Assembly (NCBI RefSeq): GCF_009914755.1
Contig: NC_060938.1
Direction: 5' to 3' (one strand)
From: the human T2T-CHM13v2.0 reference genome, Homo sapiens
Length of the DNA: 64,000 nucleotides
Below the pieces are notes generated by a model. That model was given only the letters and a program-made list of their open reading frames with translations, did no database searches and was not told the origin of the DNA. Position 1 is the stretch's first letter. Each line of letters starts with the position of its first letter. The position numbers and the translations under genes were made by a program. Below are positions 1-14,010 of this stretch, one piece after another.

Positions 1-3000
1 TCCATCAGAGAAGGTGCTGGGTAGCAATTTCATGATCAGCCAAAATGTGCCTTGAAGTAGAAGAGGACAGCCCAGCCCTGGGCCAGAAATGACAAACAAG
101 ACAGCTTCCTCCTGAAGCCATGCGCAAGGCAACGCAAGGAGTGCCCTGAGGACTCATGGGGATGGGAGGGAGAGAGAGGGAGGCAGGGCCCACAGAGCCC
201 TGGGGAGAGAGCAGAGGCCACCTGTCCTCGGCCACTAGAGCTCAAGTCTAACAGTCCTCCTGGCTACAGGGCAGTCCAACCTCCCCAGCCTCAGCCTCAT
301 TCAGCCTAGCTCAGGCAGGGAATAGCGAGGCCGAGGCCACCTGGAGCCGGTAGAACAAGCCTGGGGTCTCATGCAGCGCTGCCCCTGCTGAGTGACCCAG
401 AAGTGTCCCTTCTCCTCTCTGGGTTCTGGTCTCTGGTCAGGAAGGGAGTCAAACCAGGCAAATCTAATTCAAACCCCCGCCAAGAATCCAGGGCCTCACA
501 GCCCAAGTGCTCTGGGGTCGGACAGCCGGTGAAAAGCTGTTTCCACTAAGAAATACACAGGGTCCCCTCATCCCGGCTCTCAGCTGTTCAATGTCCGCAC
601 CCCACTGTGGCACGAAGCTGGGCCCTTCCACACCCTATCTCAACTCCCACTTCCTAGAAGACAAACTGAGGCTGTGGCTTTCCCCAACCACAGATCTGGA
701 AGGCAAGGGCTGCTCCACTGCCCCACGTGTTCCCGTTCTCGTTCCCCATGGCCGCAGGGAGCAGAACAGGCCTAGTCAGCCACATGGCCTGGCACCAAAC
801 AGAAGGTCTCCACAGGGCTCAGCTCTGCTCCTGTAAATCCCATCATCAAAGAGGGAAATAACCCGTGAAGCCCCAGGACAGAGAGAGACTTCTGAGATGA
901 AAAGATCTCACTTGACCCCTGAGACCTTCTAGTGGCAGGATGCTGACATGCATGCCTGGGGCCAACAGAACACTGACACTGAATCCAGAACTTTAATTTC
1001 TTAAAGGCGAGTTCAAAGAGGTTAACGAAAGGAAAGGTGCACCACGTTCCATCAGTGTCAGTGAGGATGAAGAAAGGAGAAGTGGGTTCGGAATGGGTCC
1101 ACTGGCTGAGCAGCATTTCCTAAGCATCTACTATGTGCTAGGCACCATGGGGGTCCTGGGAAGGTCCCTACTCACAAGGAGTTCATTCATTCACTCATTC
1201 ATTCAGTGAGTCATTCTTTACTCTGTAATTGCACAAATGGGTCTGAAAACTGCGTCTCCTGGGCCAAGCTCTGTGCTGGACAAGAGAGGACGTGGTTATG
1301 AAGGGAGCCCCCCTACCCCCAACACTGAAGGCATCATTACAGGCCAGCACAGTGGGACCTTCAGCTCAGATAGGGATAGAGGGCTGGGGGCCGGGGGAGC
1401 GCACAGAAGGAAGCAGCCACCTCCCTCTCGTGGCCTAGTCAATCTTATCGCAACGCCCCAAGCGCCCCTGAACCCCCCGCTCTGAGCCAAGGAGTGCCAC
1501 AAGAAGGTCAGCAGTGCCCAGGATGCCATCAGCCCCCAGGTCCCCCAGGCCCTTGCAGATGGAAGGACTTCCTCCTCATGGTCTTCCAGCCACTGCCCCC
1601 ACCCTAGCCTTCCAGGCTCTACCCAGTGCCTGAAGCATGGGCATTCTCCCTGCTCAGTCAGAGCTCGGCCTCAGAGGGGAAAAGGCTGCCTTGTGGGTGA
1701 TGACTGGAGGTGGGCCCACAAAAGGGGTTCACTAATGAGCCACCTGTGAACCCATCTCTGGGCAGGTTGCTGCAGACAGGATCCATGCACAAGCTGCCTG
1801 GTGGGCCTCTGGGGAAGTCTGTGGACTCGTCTTTCCAGGGGGTCTGGAATGAAGGCCTCTCTCTCCCTGGGGTTAGTGCAGAGAGGCTAAGGCACCTGTA
1901 ACAACCTAGCAACTGCCCCCGATCCCGCACCCCACTGGCCTGTCCTGAGCACCCGAGCTCTTCCATCTGCAGTGGCCAAAGGCATTTTCACCACCCAACA
2001 GCCTTGGGGTAGGGGGGAGGGAGGCAGGCAGGAGAACTCAGAACTTTGCTCCCCCAGCCCTATCATTCACTCCACAGTGCTCAGGGAGGTGGGTGGGGGA
2101 CTCGCCAACACCCACTCCACCCCACATTGCTCCACCAGCTTCCTGCCAATGCCCGGCAGCTATTCATCCCAGGGGCAGTCCCTGGACACCTCCCAGGGGC
2201 CAGGCCAGTGCTGGGCATCTGGGAGCCTAACAAGAGTGTCTAGAACCTTCTCCCTTACCAATAATGTCCCTTTTCCCCCACATCCAGACAGAGCGAGAGC
2301 TCGAGCCCAAGTGGTAAAAAGAATGTTCTAGACAAAATCGAACAGCAGCATCTTCCTTCCGTCCTTGGGTCTCTGAAGGCTGTCACGAAGGGCTGCCTGC
2401 ATTTCTCATTCAAAAATGTTCAAAACCTAAAGAAACTCATAAATGTACACACAATAAGGCCACATGGGCAAAGCAAAACACAGACATGTAACTTGGGGCC
2501 TAAATTCAGCCCACTTCATGTGACAACACCATTACAGTCTGTGCCCCCTGTCCTTGGATGGAGGGGTACCTGGGACAGGACAGGCGGACCAGGTCCCAGA
2601 TCACCTGTGGGCAGGTGTTCAGGGGATGCCCCTCCAGTTACATTACTTTGAAAGGGAGCATAATATGATCCTTCCTTAATGGAAGCAGCTCTTTCACAAC
2701 AGTAGGAAGAGGGAATTAAAAAAAAAACAGGCCCTTGAACGAACCGAGGGCCCTCCTGGGCTGTCAAGAGAGAATTCTACAGCTGGTAGTGATGACGGCT
2801 CCATCCTACCCGGCCATTTCTTCATGGAGGTGTGGCCACAGGGTCTCAGACCCTGAAAATGAGCATCCGGGGACAGTCCCTAACTGAGACGGCCCAGGCC
2901 AGCAGGGCCAGTGGAGGATTCGCATTCACTCTGGTGCTCCACAAGTTTGACGGTTTGGGAAAATTCGCGGACTCTCCCAAAGCCTGCATCTCCCACTTCT

Positions 3001-3764
3001 ACAATGACTGGTTAAATGCGCCCAAGGACCAGGCGCTCGCTACACCAGCATGCCAGGAAAGGGGAGGAGCGACGTGAGGACCTCCTGTGTCACCCTGTCC
3101 TGGGCGCTCTGTGAACTTTGTGATGCCTGAGATGAGCTCCCTTTTCCAGAGGAGGAAAAAGGAGCCCAAAATTTGACAGGACATTTGAAGCATCCGCCCC
3201 CCTACCCCCCAGCTTTGTGGAATGAGGTCAGGAATATGTAAATAAACAAACAGAGTACGTGGTAAGGAGCAGAATTCCCAGAAAGTTCTGTTCCCACATT
3301 TTACCTCCAAAATTAAAAGAAAATAACAGCACACATACCAGTTCCCGGGAGCAGTATGGTTCTTGACCACGGTGGACCAAGTCCAGACAGCCATAAAGCC
3401 ACTCCCACCAAGGTCTTCCAGCAAAGATCTCTCATTGCAGAATCAAGTTGTTGAAGGAAGGTTAGCTCCAAAGAGGCAGCCCTTCGTAGCCAGGGGTTGG
3501 GAGGGGAGTCTTGTGGGAAGGGAGCCTGAAGTACCCCCGATACCCTCAACAGAGGACCGAGGCTTTGGGGAAGGAACACCTGAGCCAGCAAGGTTCATCC
3601 AATGGAGGCCAGGGCCAGAGGCCTCCTGGACCAGATTCTCTCTCCAGGAGCAGAGGCAGAGGGTGATCCAAGGACACAGAACAAGAAGATCTCAGCCTCC
3701 AACAGGGTCAAGATGGGAAGATGTCACAGTCATCCATCAGGGTAATACTATCTCTTATCCCTGG

Positions 3765-4510
3765 GGGCCACAAACTACGGGCCATGGATGTCTGCCTGTT
3801 TCTGTAAATAAAGTTTTATTGAAACAACAGCCACACCTGTTCATTAATAGTCCACGGGTACTCTTGCACTACAGTGGCACAGTTGAATACAGTAGTTCCC
3901 TGTTACCCGTGGTTTCACTTTCTGGGGTTTCAGCTACCCGAGGTTAACCATGGTCCAAAAATATTAAATGGAAAATTCCAGAAATAAACAATTCATCAGT
4001 TTTAAATTTTGAGCCACTCCAAGTAGTGTGATGAGATCTTGCACCACCCTGCTCTGTCCTGCCCAAGACCTGAATCTTCCCTCTGTCCAGCATATCCATG
4101 CTGTAAGACACCACCTGCCCCTTAGTCACTAGTAGCCTCCTTGGGCATCGGAGCAACTGTGGTAGTATCGCAGTGCTTGTGTCGAAGCCACTCTTATTTT
4201 ACCTAATAATGGCCCCAAAGTGCAAGGGCAATGATGCTGGCATATTGTTCCAACTGTTCTATTTCATTATTAATTATTGTTGTTAATCTCTTACTGTGCT
4301 GAATTTATAAATTAAACTTTATCATAGGTATGTGTGTATAGGAAAAAGAACACAGTACAACAGGGTTCACTACTACCCGAGGTTTCTGGCATCCACTGGG
4401 TGTCTTGGAACATATCCCCCCAAGGATTAGGAGGAGACTACTATAGTTGCAAGAGAGACCACTTGGCCCACGAACCCTAAAGTACTTCACTATCTGGTAT
4501 TTATCATAGA
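3765..4510 (+). mobile_element. MER58-like (hAT-Charlie) DNA transposon, split by a MER44 insertion
   Basis: caaactacgggcc...gtaaataaagttttattgaaac...cacagttgaata before 3890, resuming as tagttgcaagagagacc...cctaaagtacttcactatctgg after 4443. Confidence 0.7.
3890..4443 (+). mobile_element. MER44-like (TcMar-Tigger) DNA transposon
   Basis: Imperfect terminal inverted repeats cagtagttccctgttacc / ggattaggaggagactact, TA duplication at 3888-3889 and 4444-4445, and the internal signature aaaatattaaatggaaaattccagaaataaacaattcat. Confidence 0.8.
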
Positions 4511-7500
4511 TAAAGGCCCGGTCTTATCTAAAAAACCATGGGATGAAGCCCTCCAAGCTTGCAGTTGATCCAAAACTCTCTATGCTGAACTATTACTTTC
4601 TTTCATAAGTGAATCAGAAATCACAATGTTTCCATTTTTGCCAAGGCTGCCAGGAAGCTCAGAGGTAAATTCTAGGTTTTTATGCAATGCAGATTACTAG
4701 GACTACCTTTTCTGTCCCTTGATTGTATGATTCTCATTCTTTCACCATCATTTTAATGCTTCTATTACTGGTTTACTTAAAGCAAGAGACTTCAAATTCC
4801 TCTTATTATGACATAAATGACAAAGCGAAAAAATACATGAGGACCCAATAGCTGCTCCAGCTCAGGGGGCCCCCTGCACCTTGATGAGCCTTTGCAGACC
4901 TAACTCTCAGAAATCACCTGGCCAAGGGCACCTCATCCCTTCCTTTCCAATCTAAAGTCCCTCTAGCTGAGACCTTGGGACCAGAAAATCCCCCATGAAG
5001 CTGAGGGAGCTTTGGGCACTCACCTCAGTCACTTCCAGTGCCCTTCCTGTTTCTGGTGGGCAAGAGGGCTCCAAAAGCATCCCCTATTCACTCAGCCCCT
5101 CATTGACCTCCTGTGCACCCTGGGTGCTGGGAGCCGGAGCTAGAGGCATCAGGCACAATCTGTGCCCTGGAGGCCTTCACATTCCACACAAAGAGGATGT
5201 GACATGACTTATCAGCCGGCCCAGAGGCAGGTGCAAGTGCTGCCTGGGGGAGCTTTTCCCGGAGAGTAAACAGGAGCTCCCTCGGCTGCCTGGGGATGCC
5301 CAGGGCTTGCTGGGCAGAGTCTGGCCAGGCCAAAGGGCAGAGGCACCCAGGAGCCCAGTGGAGCAAGGAGCCCAGTGGAGCAGAGCTCAGCTGCCAACAA
5401 CAGCAGCCCTGAGGGACAGGGCTCTGGCAGATCCTGTCCCCAGATCCACCTGGAACTGAGCTCCCACCAGCTGGGTGGCCCTGGGCAAGTAACAGGCCCC
5501 TGAGTCTCCATCTCCCCACACCAGCGGAGCAGCATTATTGGGAGGAATGGAGAGAGCAGATGCACCACGCCCAGCACAGAGCGGGTGCTTTGTAAATGAA
5601 GTCTACCCCAGGAGGCCTGGCTGGGTGGTAGCGGACACAGGGCAGCATAGGGAGATGAGTCCAGTAAGTCCCAGGGGCCATGCATGTTGCAATGAGGAGT
5701 CTACTTTCCCACAGGGGTGTCTGAAAGCCCGGATGTTTTAAAGCAAGAGGCGAAGGATCCTGTCCCTTGTCCTTTGGAGTGGCACAATTTGAACAAAGAT
5801 GGGCCTGCTCAGGCCTGGCATCCCTTCCCCCACTGGAAAAGCCTGGTGTGGTCACCTGGGCCACAGCCACAGGGCCTCGGACTTCCCTGAGCCCCAGATC
5901 CCAGGAATGGACAAGGACCGTTCCTCCACAGAGGCCAGCATCTTGGAGCTGCAATCCCTGCTAATCACCACATTATTTATTTGGAGTTTATTAAGCAGTT
6001 GCTGCCACTGGCTGTTGGCAGCCTCTAATATTTACACCTAGCTTTCCCGAGGTCTCCTGAAGCGCTAAAGTAATAAAAGGGCCATTCCTTCTAGCTGCAG
6101 ACAGGGAAGCTAACCCAAGCAAGACCGAGCACGGGGCTGCACTTAACAAGAGGAAAGGGGGCCTTCAGGTTCCCTTTGGCTTCAGACTCAATTCTAGCTA
6201 ATAACACTGCCTCCCTCCTGTCCGGGCAGGCTCGGGGCAGGGCCCCTTCCCAGAATCCACTGGGCCCGTTGTTTGAGGCATTTCTGGCCCAAGACAGCAG
6301 CCGAGTCTGCGCAAAGGAGTGCTCGCTGGAAGAACCGCTCTAGTTCCATTCACCCACCCAGCAGACGTGAGGCCCCTCAGGGCTGGACACGACACTGATA
6401 CCAGGATACAGAGGTCATGAAGCTCGTCCCTGCCCTCAGCTCCAACAGCCACATACACTGCAGCCAGGCCAAGGCCAACGTGGACATGGAAACCTCGAGC
6501 CCCCAAGAAGTGGGAGAGAGAGGCTCCATGCGAGAGCCAGGACACCTCCCGGGAAGCAGAGCACAGTGACAGCAGAAGAGGCTGAGATGGGCTCACAGTG
6601 GGGAAGAGCTTTACTAAAATGTGTCTAGGATAGAGAAGGGCTACAGTCTGAGACCTGGTTACAACCCCCTCTCTGCCACTCTAGAGCCATGAGGTCTTAC
6701 AAGAGGCCCTGGACTCCTATGAGCCCCAGTTTCCTCATTTGCAAGACGGGAGCTGCCATCCTGCCACAGAGTCACAATGAGGACTCTGAAGGGAAAGGGC
6801 GATAGGCCATGGGCTGGGGAGGGGGTTCCATCTCTCACTCGGCTCATAATCCTACTGGACCCCAAAACTCCGCTTCTTGTTTATGAAAACACTCGGCCTC
6901 CACTGACATCCGCAGGGGACTCCTGCGCGACCAGAGAGCAGGGCAGAGCCCTGGGGTGTAATCCATGGAGACCACCGAGGCCATGTGAAGGAACAAGCCT
7001 GGTCGTGGGCTGGAATGAGGTCAGTGCCAGGGCCAGCCCAGCCCAGAGCTGTGAGTAACAACAGCTGCCAGGGACACTGGGACAACCAGGGGAGAGAAGC
7101 ATGCGCCCAGCACGACCTCAGCAAGGTGCCACAGGGATGCAGGATCCAGCCCCTGGGGAGCCTGGCCCCCGGCAGGGGAGAACCTCAGCCTCAGGCTGAG
7201 CCAGGGCCATGGCTGCAGGAAGACAGGAGAGCTAGGAGGCTGAGGGTGGGGGAAGAAGCCCGAGGGTGGGTGAGAGGTGAGTGCCCTGGAGTGGACCGGC
7301 CAGGCCAGTTGTCCTCTCTGCCTCTAAATCTATGACCTCAGTCTCAAAGCCTTGCCTTCTGTGCACCTTGACTGCAAAACCACTGCAAAAATGCAGTGCT
7401 CAGGATGGCCTGGCACCCACTAGCCCTCAACAGGGCAGCCACTATCTCCACAGCTGCAACACTTAGGCCAATGCCTCCAGCTAAGTCCCCTGAATGGTCC

Positions 7501-8446
7501 CATAACCAGGAAGACCTCTGAGCCCCCCGAGACTCTCATCAAGGGCTGAGGAAATGGTGTGAGGTGGTGCACCCTCTTACCATTTCCTCTGAGGAAAGTC
7601 ATGCCAGGACAGAAATTAAGTTTCAATTCCTGGGCAGCACGATTGATTAGCAGAGGCTGCCCTACCTCTCAGCTTGAAGCATCCAGGCCAGAGCCCAGGG
7701 GAAGGAGGTGCTGTGATTGACAAGTGATGTCTGCTATGGTATAGGAGGGAGCAATGGAGGCACACATGCTACGGACATGCCCAACTCTAATGCGTCTCTG
7801 GACAACTGCATCCTATTCCTTGCAGAAGAAACAAACAAAAGAGATAGAATAAGCACTGCAGAAAATAGAAAGGTTGGGAGAGCAGGTCCAAAACAATGGC
7901 CAAAACCGGAGAAGGGGAGGAAGAAGAGTTGCCTGCAGCTGCCCTACATCCCTGGGCTTTCTCAGCCCACAGTAAACAGGAGGCACAGATTTTCCAGCCC
8001 GTCTTGACTGCGGAAGTGTGTTTACTGAAAAGGTTTTCTCCAGGGAGAAATCACCGAGAAGAGCTCTCTCTCCTCAGCCGGCCACCTCCCTGCTCCAGCC
8101 CTTTCGTTCTGGATCTGCAACAGGCTCCCACAGGAGCCCAAGCAGCTCATGCCCGAGGACCAAGAAACTGACTTCCCCAGCTTTGGGTCCACGCCAAGGC
8201 TTTTCCTGCTCAGGTGTGGATAGTCACTCTAGGGAAGAGAGAGATTGAAGGTAGGGCTTCCCACTGGGGAATAAGGATGTCCCCAAAGCCAGATCCAGGA
8301 AAGCACTGCAGCCCCAGAGTTGGTCTAGCAGGGGTGACTTTGACACTGACGTGCGGAGGAGCCTGAGGTGGGAACCCAGTCTTCACCATCACCTCCTCCT
8401 GACTTAGCTGCACTTGGGGCCGCAGAGCCCTGCATCACCATGGAGA

Positions 8447-8597
8447 AGACACCTTCCCCTCTACCAACGATGACAATGATCCTAATAAGATCAATAGACA
8501 CCTTCCCCTCTACCAACGATGACAATGATCCTAATAAGATCAATAGACACCTTCCCCTCTACCAATGACGACAATGATCATAATAATAAGATCAATA
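8447..8597. repeat. 49-bp tandem repeat, ~3 copies
   Basis: agacaccttcccctctaccaacgatgacaatgatcctaataagatcaat starts at 8447, 8496 and 8545 (third copy diverged). Confidence 0.95.
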
Positions 8598-9051
8598 ACA
8601 GCTCCCCTAGCTGAGGCCTGCAGATGCGGGCCCCGTCCTGAGCCATCCACACATGCGTACCCAGGTAATACCATGATCTCCTTTTAGCAAGTGAGGAAAC
8701 TGAGGCTGGAAGATGGAAGTGGGGGCCAAAGTCATCCAGTTAAGAAGGCAAAGCCAGGTCTGCCCCAGGCCTGTCTGGCACCCCGTAGGACTCTCTGCCT
8801 CAGAAAGCACCATGGGAGCAGCAGAGGCTCCAGTCCCCAGCCCAAGCCCATGGGCAACCAGGGGAGTAAAGGGGTCCCCATGAGAGCCTGCAGCTGGACA
8901 GCCTCTGGGCCCAGGGCAGAGTCATGTACTTGGGTGTTGTCTGGGCCCCTCACTCCATCCTGGCCTGTGCCTTTTGCTGTTCTGTCCTCCTCCTCATGGC
9001 AGCCGGCCACAGAGCCTGGTCTCAGGGTATAGCGTAGAATTGCCAATGCCA

Positions 9052-9192
9052 CTCATGCATCCATGGGCACACACATGCACACTCACACATGCACTCGTGT
9101 GCACACAGACATATGTGCACACATGCATGTACACATGCACATGCATTCACATGTACACAATGCACTCATGCACAAACACACGTGCACACACA
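9052..9192. repeat. (CA/CATG)-rich low-complexity repeat
   Basis: Degenerate cacacatgca array. Confidence 0.9.
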
Positions 9193-11829
9193 CCCCCCTC
9201 CACCTGGTTCCTCGAGTCCATCGTCCTTACTTCTCAGGGCTGCACCTGACCTCTTTCACGTGAATGTGTGACTCTGACCTGCTGGTGCATTTCCCACCCA
9301 GAGGTTCACACCAAACTCCGCCCTGCCCTCTGGAGTACCCCCCACCACTGGTTCCTCGGTTCTAAACTTGTGTTTATTTTACAGAAAATTTAATGAGTAA
9401 GCAAAGTCTGCTTTTCCAGCCTGTCTTTCTCATCATCTATGTGGGCTTTTGCTTCTTACTTATAAGAAGAAGAAACTTCAACTTGATACAAGTAAATGAA
9501 CTTGAACCCCTGCCCATCCCCACTCCCCCCTCCACACATCCCAGCAGAAGAGTTGGTTCCAAACTCAGAAACCACACTTTGGATCAGATTCCAAGCCCAA
9601 AGCTTCTCCCATCCTGCCCACCGACTTCCACTCATTCTCATCATCCCTACACTTTGTCTTCTTTTCCAGGAGGTGCCATCAACCCAAGCAACTGCTCCTC
9701 CTACCCAGGGATTCACCTGAGCACTGGGGGGGCTAGAGCAACTTGCTGAATAAAGAAGCAAAAGCAAAATGGATCTCCCCAAAATTTCCAAAAATCAAAC
9801 GGTGCACCCAAAGCCAGAGAGGTGGCCTTCCAGGTTGGTCAGACAGCTGCAGCATGTGCAGCTCAAGCCCCATGTTGTCCAAATGTGCAAACCTGCAGCC
9901 TCCCCTGGGCCTGGGCGGGCAGCCAACACTGCAGGAAACTGAGGCTCCGAATGCACCTGCCCTGGATCTCTGGCCACATTGGGTGTCTGCTTAGTCAGCT
10001 TCATTTCACTTGATTTCACTTCATTCACAAGCGCTCACGGACAGCCTCATGGGGGCCAGACCTCCGCCTGGGCCTATGGGGACAAACAGGGTCCAGGCTA
10101 GCTCACAGCCTGGTCTCCCAGGACAGCCAGGGAGACAGGAAAGGAGACCCACCCCGTGATAGGTGTCTCCATGGGTAAGTACAGGGGCCCATCGGGGAGG
10201 GCACAGGTGACACGGACCTCAGCCCCGACCTCAGCAGAGACTTCCCAGAGAACAACCCCTCCACGCCCCACCCCCAGGAGCTGAAGCTGGAGGCAAGTGT
10301 CCACTTGCCTGTGACCCAGGCCCTGACAGGGCCCATGTGAGAGGCAGAAAGACTGCACTGCAGAGGGCTGATCCCAGGGCCATGATGCTCTCCAACCTCC
10401 CCCACCTGCTTGGCTCCCTTGCCCAAAGCAGGATGTGCTGTCTTTAGACAAGAAGTCTCTGGGTCTGTCCCCAAACCCAGTGATACTTTGCTTTGATTTC
10501 CTGCTTTGGTTCCAGTCTTGGTCATTGGTGGCTTCTGGGAGGATAAAATAACATCACTGAGGGAACAAAACCAAGCCTGTCTCCACCTTCACCTGAGCAG
10601 GATGCCCACCAGGGGAGAGGGGACCCTAGACCCTGTGCCAGTGCAGAGTGGGGGACCTACTGCCATCTGCTTAAAACTCACATGAGCAGACAGACAGGGA
10701 GGCTTTTCAGCTGGGCAGGAATCATTTGCAAGAATCAGATGCTGAGACCATGCCCAGGCTCTCGATGAGCCCCTGGAATGAAGAAGGGAGCCCCGGAGGC
10801 TCGGCCGACCTGGGTGTGCCAGCACAAAAGAGGATGAAGGCCCCGAGCTGCTCCCTCTCAAGTGCAGCAGACACAGCCCCGACTAATCAGACAGCAGAGG
10901 CTGCCACCCAGAATGCCCGGCACGTTATTCAGCAATGAGGTATAATTGAATGGATTAACATGAATGCGACGTTTCCCCTCCAAAAATTCGAGGAACACCA
11001 AAATGACTCTCATCTGGACTGGTATGACTCATGTTTTTAATAGAAGAACTTAATTTTCACTTCTGAGGAATCTGGGCTCAGGGAAATATTGTCTAAGAAA
11101 CACTCATTTTACTCCACGGGCAATGGTAAGTCCTACTACCCCAAAAGTACAAATGCAGAACCCCAGCCGGTGCCTGTCTCCCACACTCCCGGACGCCACA
11201 GGCTGCAGAGTCCATGAGCTTGGGCAGAGCACAAAGGTCTAAGGGGAAGGCATAGAGTCCAGCGTCAGCCACACGTGTCCTAGCTCAGCGCAGGGACTTG
11301 GGGCACATCCTGTCCCCTCTCTGGGGCACTGCTTGGAGAGCATCTGGCAACAAGGCACAGGGGCCCCTGGCAAGGGCCCCCCGAGGGGCTGCCCCGTGCG
11401 CCCAGGCACAAGGGTACTGCTGGGGCCAGCATCTTGCTTCTGATGCTGGAACACTCAAGGTGACACATCCCAGCCCTCCGGTGCTCCTCCGAGAGGCTTG
11501 GCCCCAGGACACTGACTCCTCCCTCTCCCTAGACCCAGTCCTCAGACCCCACAGAGGGCAGGCAGAACCTGGGCTCAAGTGTCAGAACAACAGGTCACCA
11601 TTTGTCAGCTGCCTAATTAGTGGAGAGGATATTACTGACCCCCTTGGTGAAACAGCACAGAAGTTCCCCTTCCCTTCTGGCACAGTGAGTGTCCCCCCAT
11701 CCACGGCCCTGCCTGTTCCTAGCTTCAATTCCCACAAAGACCCTGCCTCCCAGGGACACTCCAGCCTACTGCCCTCCACTCCAGATTCCAATGAGTGGCA
11801 ACTTCTACATAAAATCTGAATCCAGGTGT

Positions 11830-12253
<424 letters not shown>

Positions 12254-13729
12254 CAGGATGAGCATCTGGATGCAGCCTTCTTGGGAGCATGGGGACCCGG
12301 CAGGACGGTGCTGTTCTGCCTCTTTACCTTCCCAGCAGCATCTTATTCCCATGGCCCCAGCAGGTGGATGTGCTTCTAGCTGATGGGTGGCTCCTGAAGC
12401 AGGGGAGGGGTCACAGGGGCCAGGAAGTCAGTGCTGGCTTGAGGCTACAGCACCCAGGTACAGCCATCTCCCGGCTGAAGAACTCCACAGGTGAGTTCAT
12501 CAAGCATGCAGGGGTGGGGGATGCGCCCACACCACCATTCCTCCTGACGGCACTGTCACCTGGACAGCTACAGCGGAATGTCCCTTCTGAGTGCTGCTGA
12601 CCTCTCACCAAGGGCTCCACGGGCTGCCTCCATGCCCAGAAGGAACCCCATCTCCCCCAGCCCCCCACCCTGCAATGAAGAACAGATATCCACGTTCTCC
12701 CTCCCCAGCTCTTCCCCACCCCTGCTCCGGCCAAGGGAGATGCACTAATTTATAAGTTGCAGATAATGTCACCCACCATTCATCCAAATGTGTCACTAAC
12801 ATCCCATTAGACTGTAATTATTTTTTAATTAAAACTAAGAAAACTGGCATGCCTGAGCCGACTTTATGCATCTGTTATGGGTTAAAATAGCTTTTAAAAA
12901 ATGTTTCGGAGACCGCAGTCTATTGTGGCCGCGGCCCCTGCCAAAGAAAACGCAAGCTTGCTTATTTTCTCCATGGGGCGCAACAGTGCCTATGTGTGCC
13001 GGCAGAGAATCGGCTGGCCGTGAAAAGAATTCTAAATAAAACACAAACATGGAATTTGGCAACGCCACAGAAGCAAGCTTAAGACTAATTCCAGCATGCG
13101 GACGGCTCTCACATAGTAAGGCTGGCTCCAGCATAAATGAAACCAGGCACTGTAAAATACCAAGGCACGTTGGAGTTTCCACTTAAAGGGACAGAACACT
13201 GATTCCAGGTATAAAAGCTTATTAAGCCGGCTCGCACTGCCTCCATAAATCCATAGGTTATTAGCTGTTTGCTTTCAGCCAATCCCTTCTTAAAGACATG
13301 TATATTAAGAGAGAGAGAAAGAGGGAGAAAAACAAATGAAAACCATCACTTTGCACTTGACTTTTAGTGCAGTGATTCTGGAAACACTGTGTTCATTATC
13401 TCAATTAGAGGAGAAAGAGACCTCAAATACACACAAACCCAAAACGAAGGAGAAAAGCAGGGAAGTAGGGGCGAGACGCGAGGATGAATGCGGCCCCCAG
13501 GAACAGAGGGCAGTGCCGGGAACAGAGGAAAAAGCCCCGTGGATCCCGGAAAGCCTCCGCCCAGGGAAGCGGCAATGACAGTGATTGCAATAATAATAAT
13601 CATAGTTATAACAACGATAAAAAGATAGCAGTAATGCCTGCCGCTATTCAGCACCTTTCACAGGCCAGCTGCTGCTTAAGGCCGCACAATGTAACAGAGA
13701 AAGACTCTAAGGTAGAATAAAGCAGTAAA

Positions 13730-14010
13730 GTGTCTGAAATCGGACTGCCTCCATTTCCTCATCCGTAAAATGGGGATGTGAAAAGTGCCTTCCTCGCAGA
13801 ATTGGGGTGAGGGATGTTGAAGATGAAGCCCACAATGAACGCTTCTTAGCACAGCGCCCCATTATCACTGCTAGCCGCCCACTCTCAGTCGTGAGATGGT
13901 GCTATTCTCATGCCACAGGTGGGGAACCAGATGCACACACAGGCTGGGCTACCTGCCCAAGGCCAAAGCTCAGAGACATCCGAGTCGGGATTTGAACCCA
14001 GCCGTCCACT
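13730..14010. mobile_element. Two MIR fragments in opposite orientation
   Basis: tttcctcatccgtaaaatgggg...cttagcacagcgcc (+) followed by acaggtggggaacc...gggatttgaaccca (-). Confidence 0.6.

Noticed and set aside
8447-8597. CRISPR-like interpretation of the tandem repeats (also 61270 and 62603)
   Set aside because: Head-to-tail units without unique spacers, eukaryotic intron context and no cas genes.
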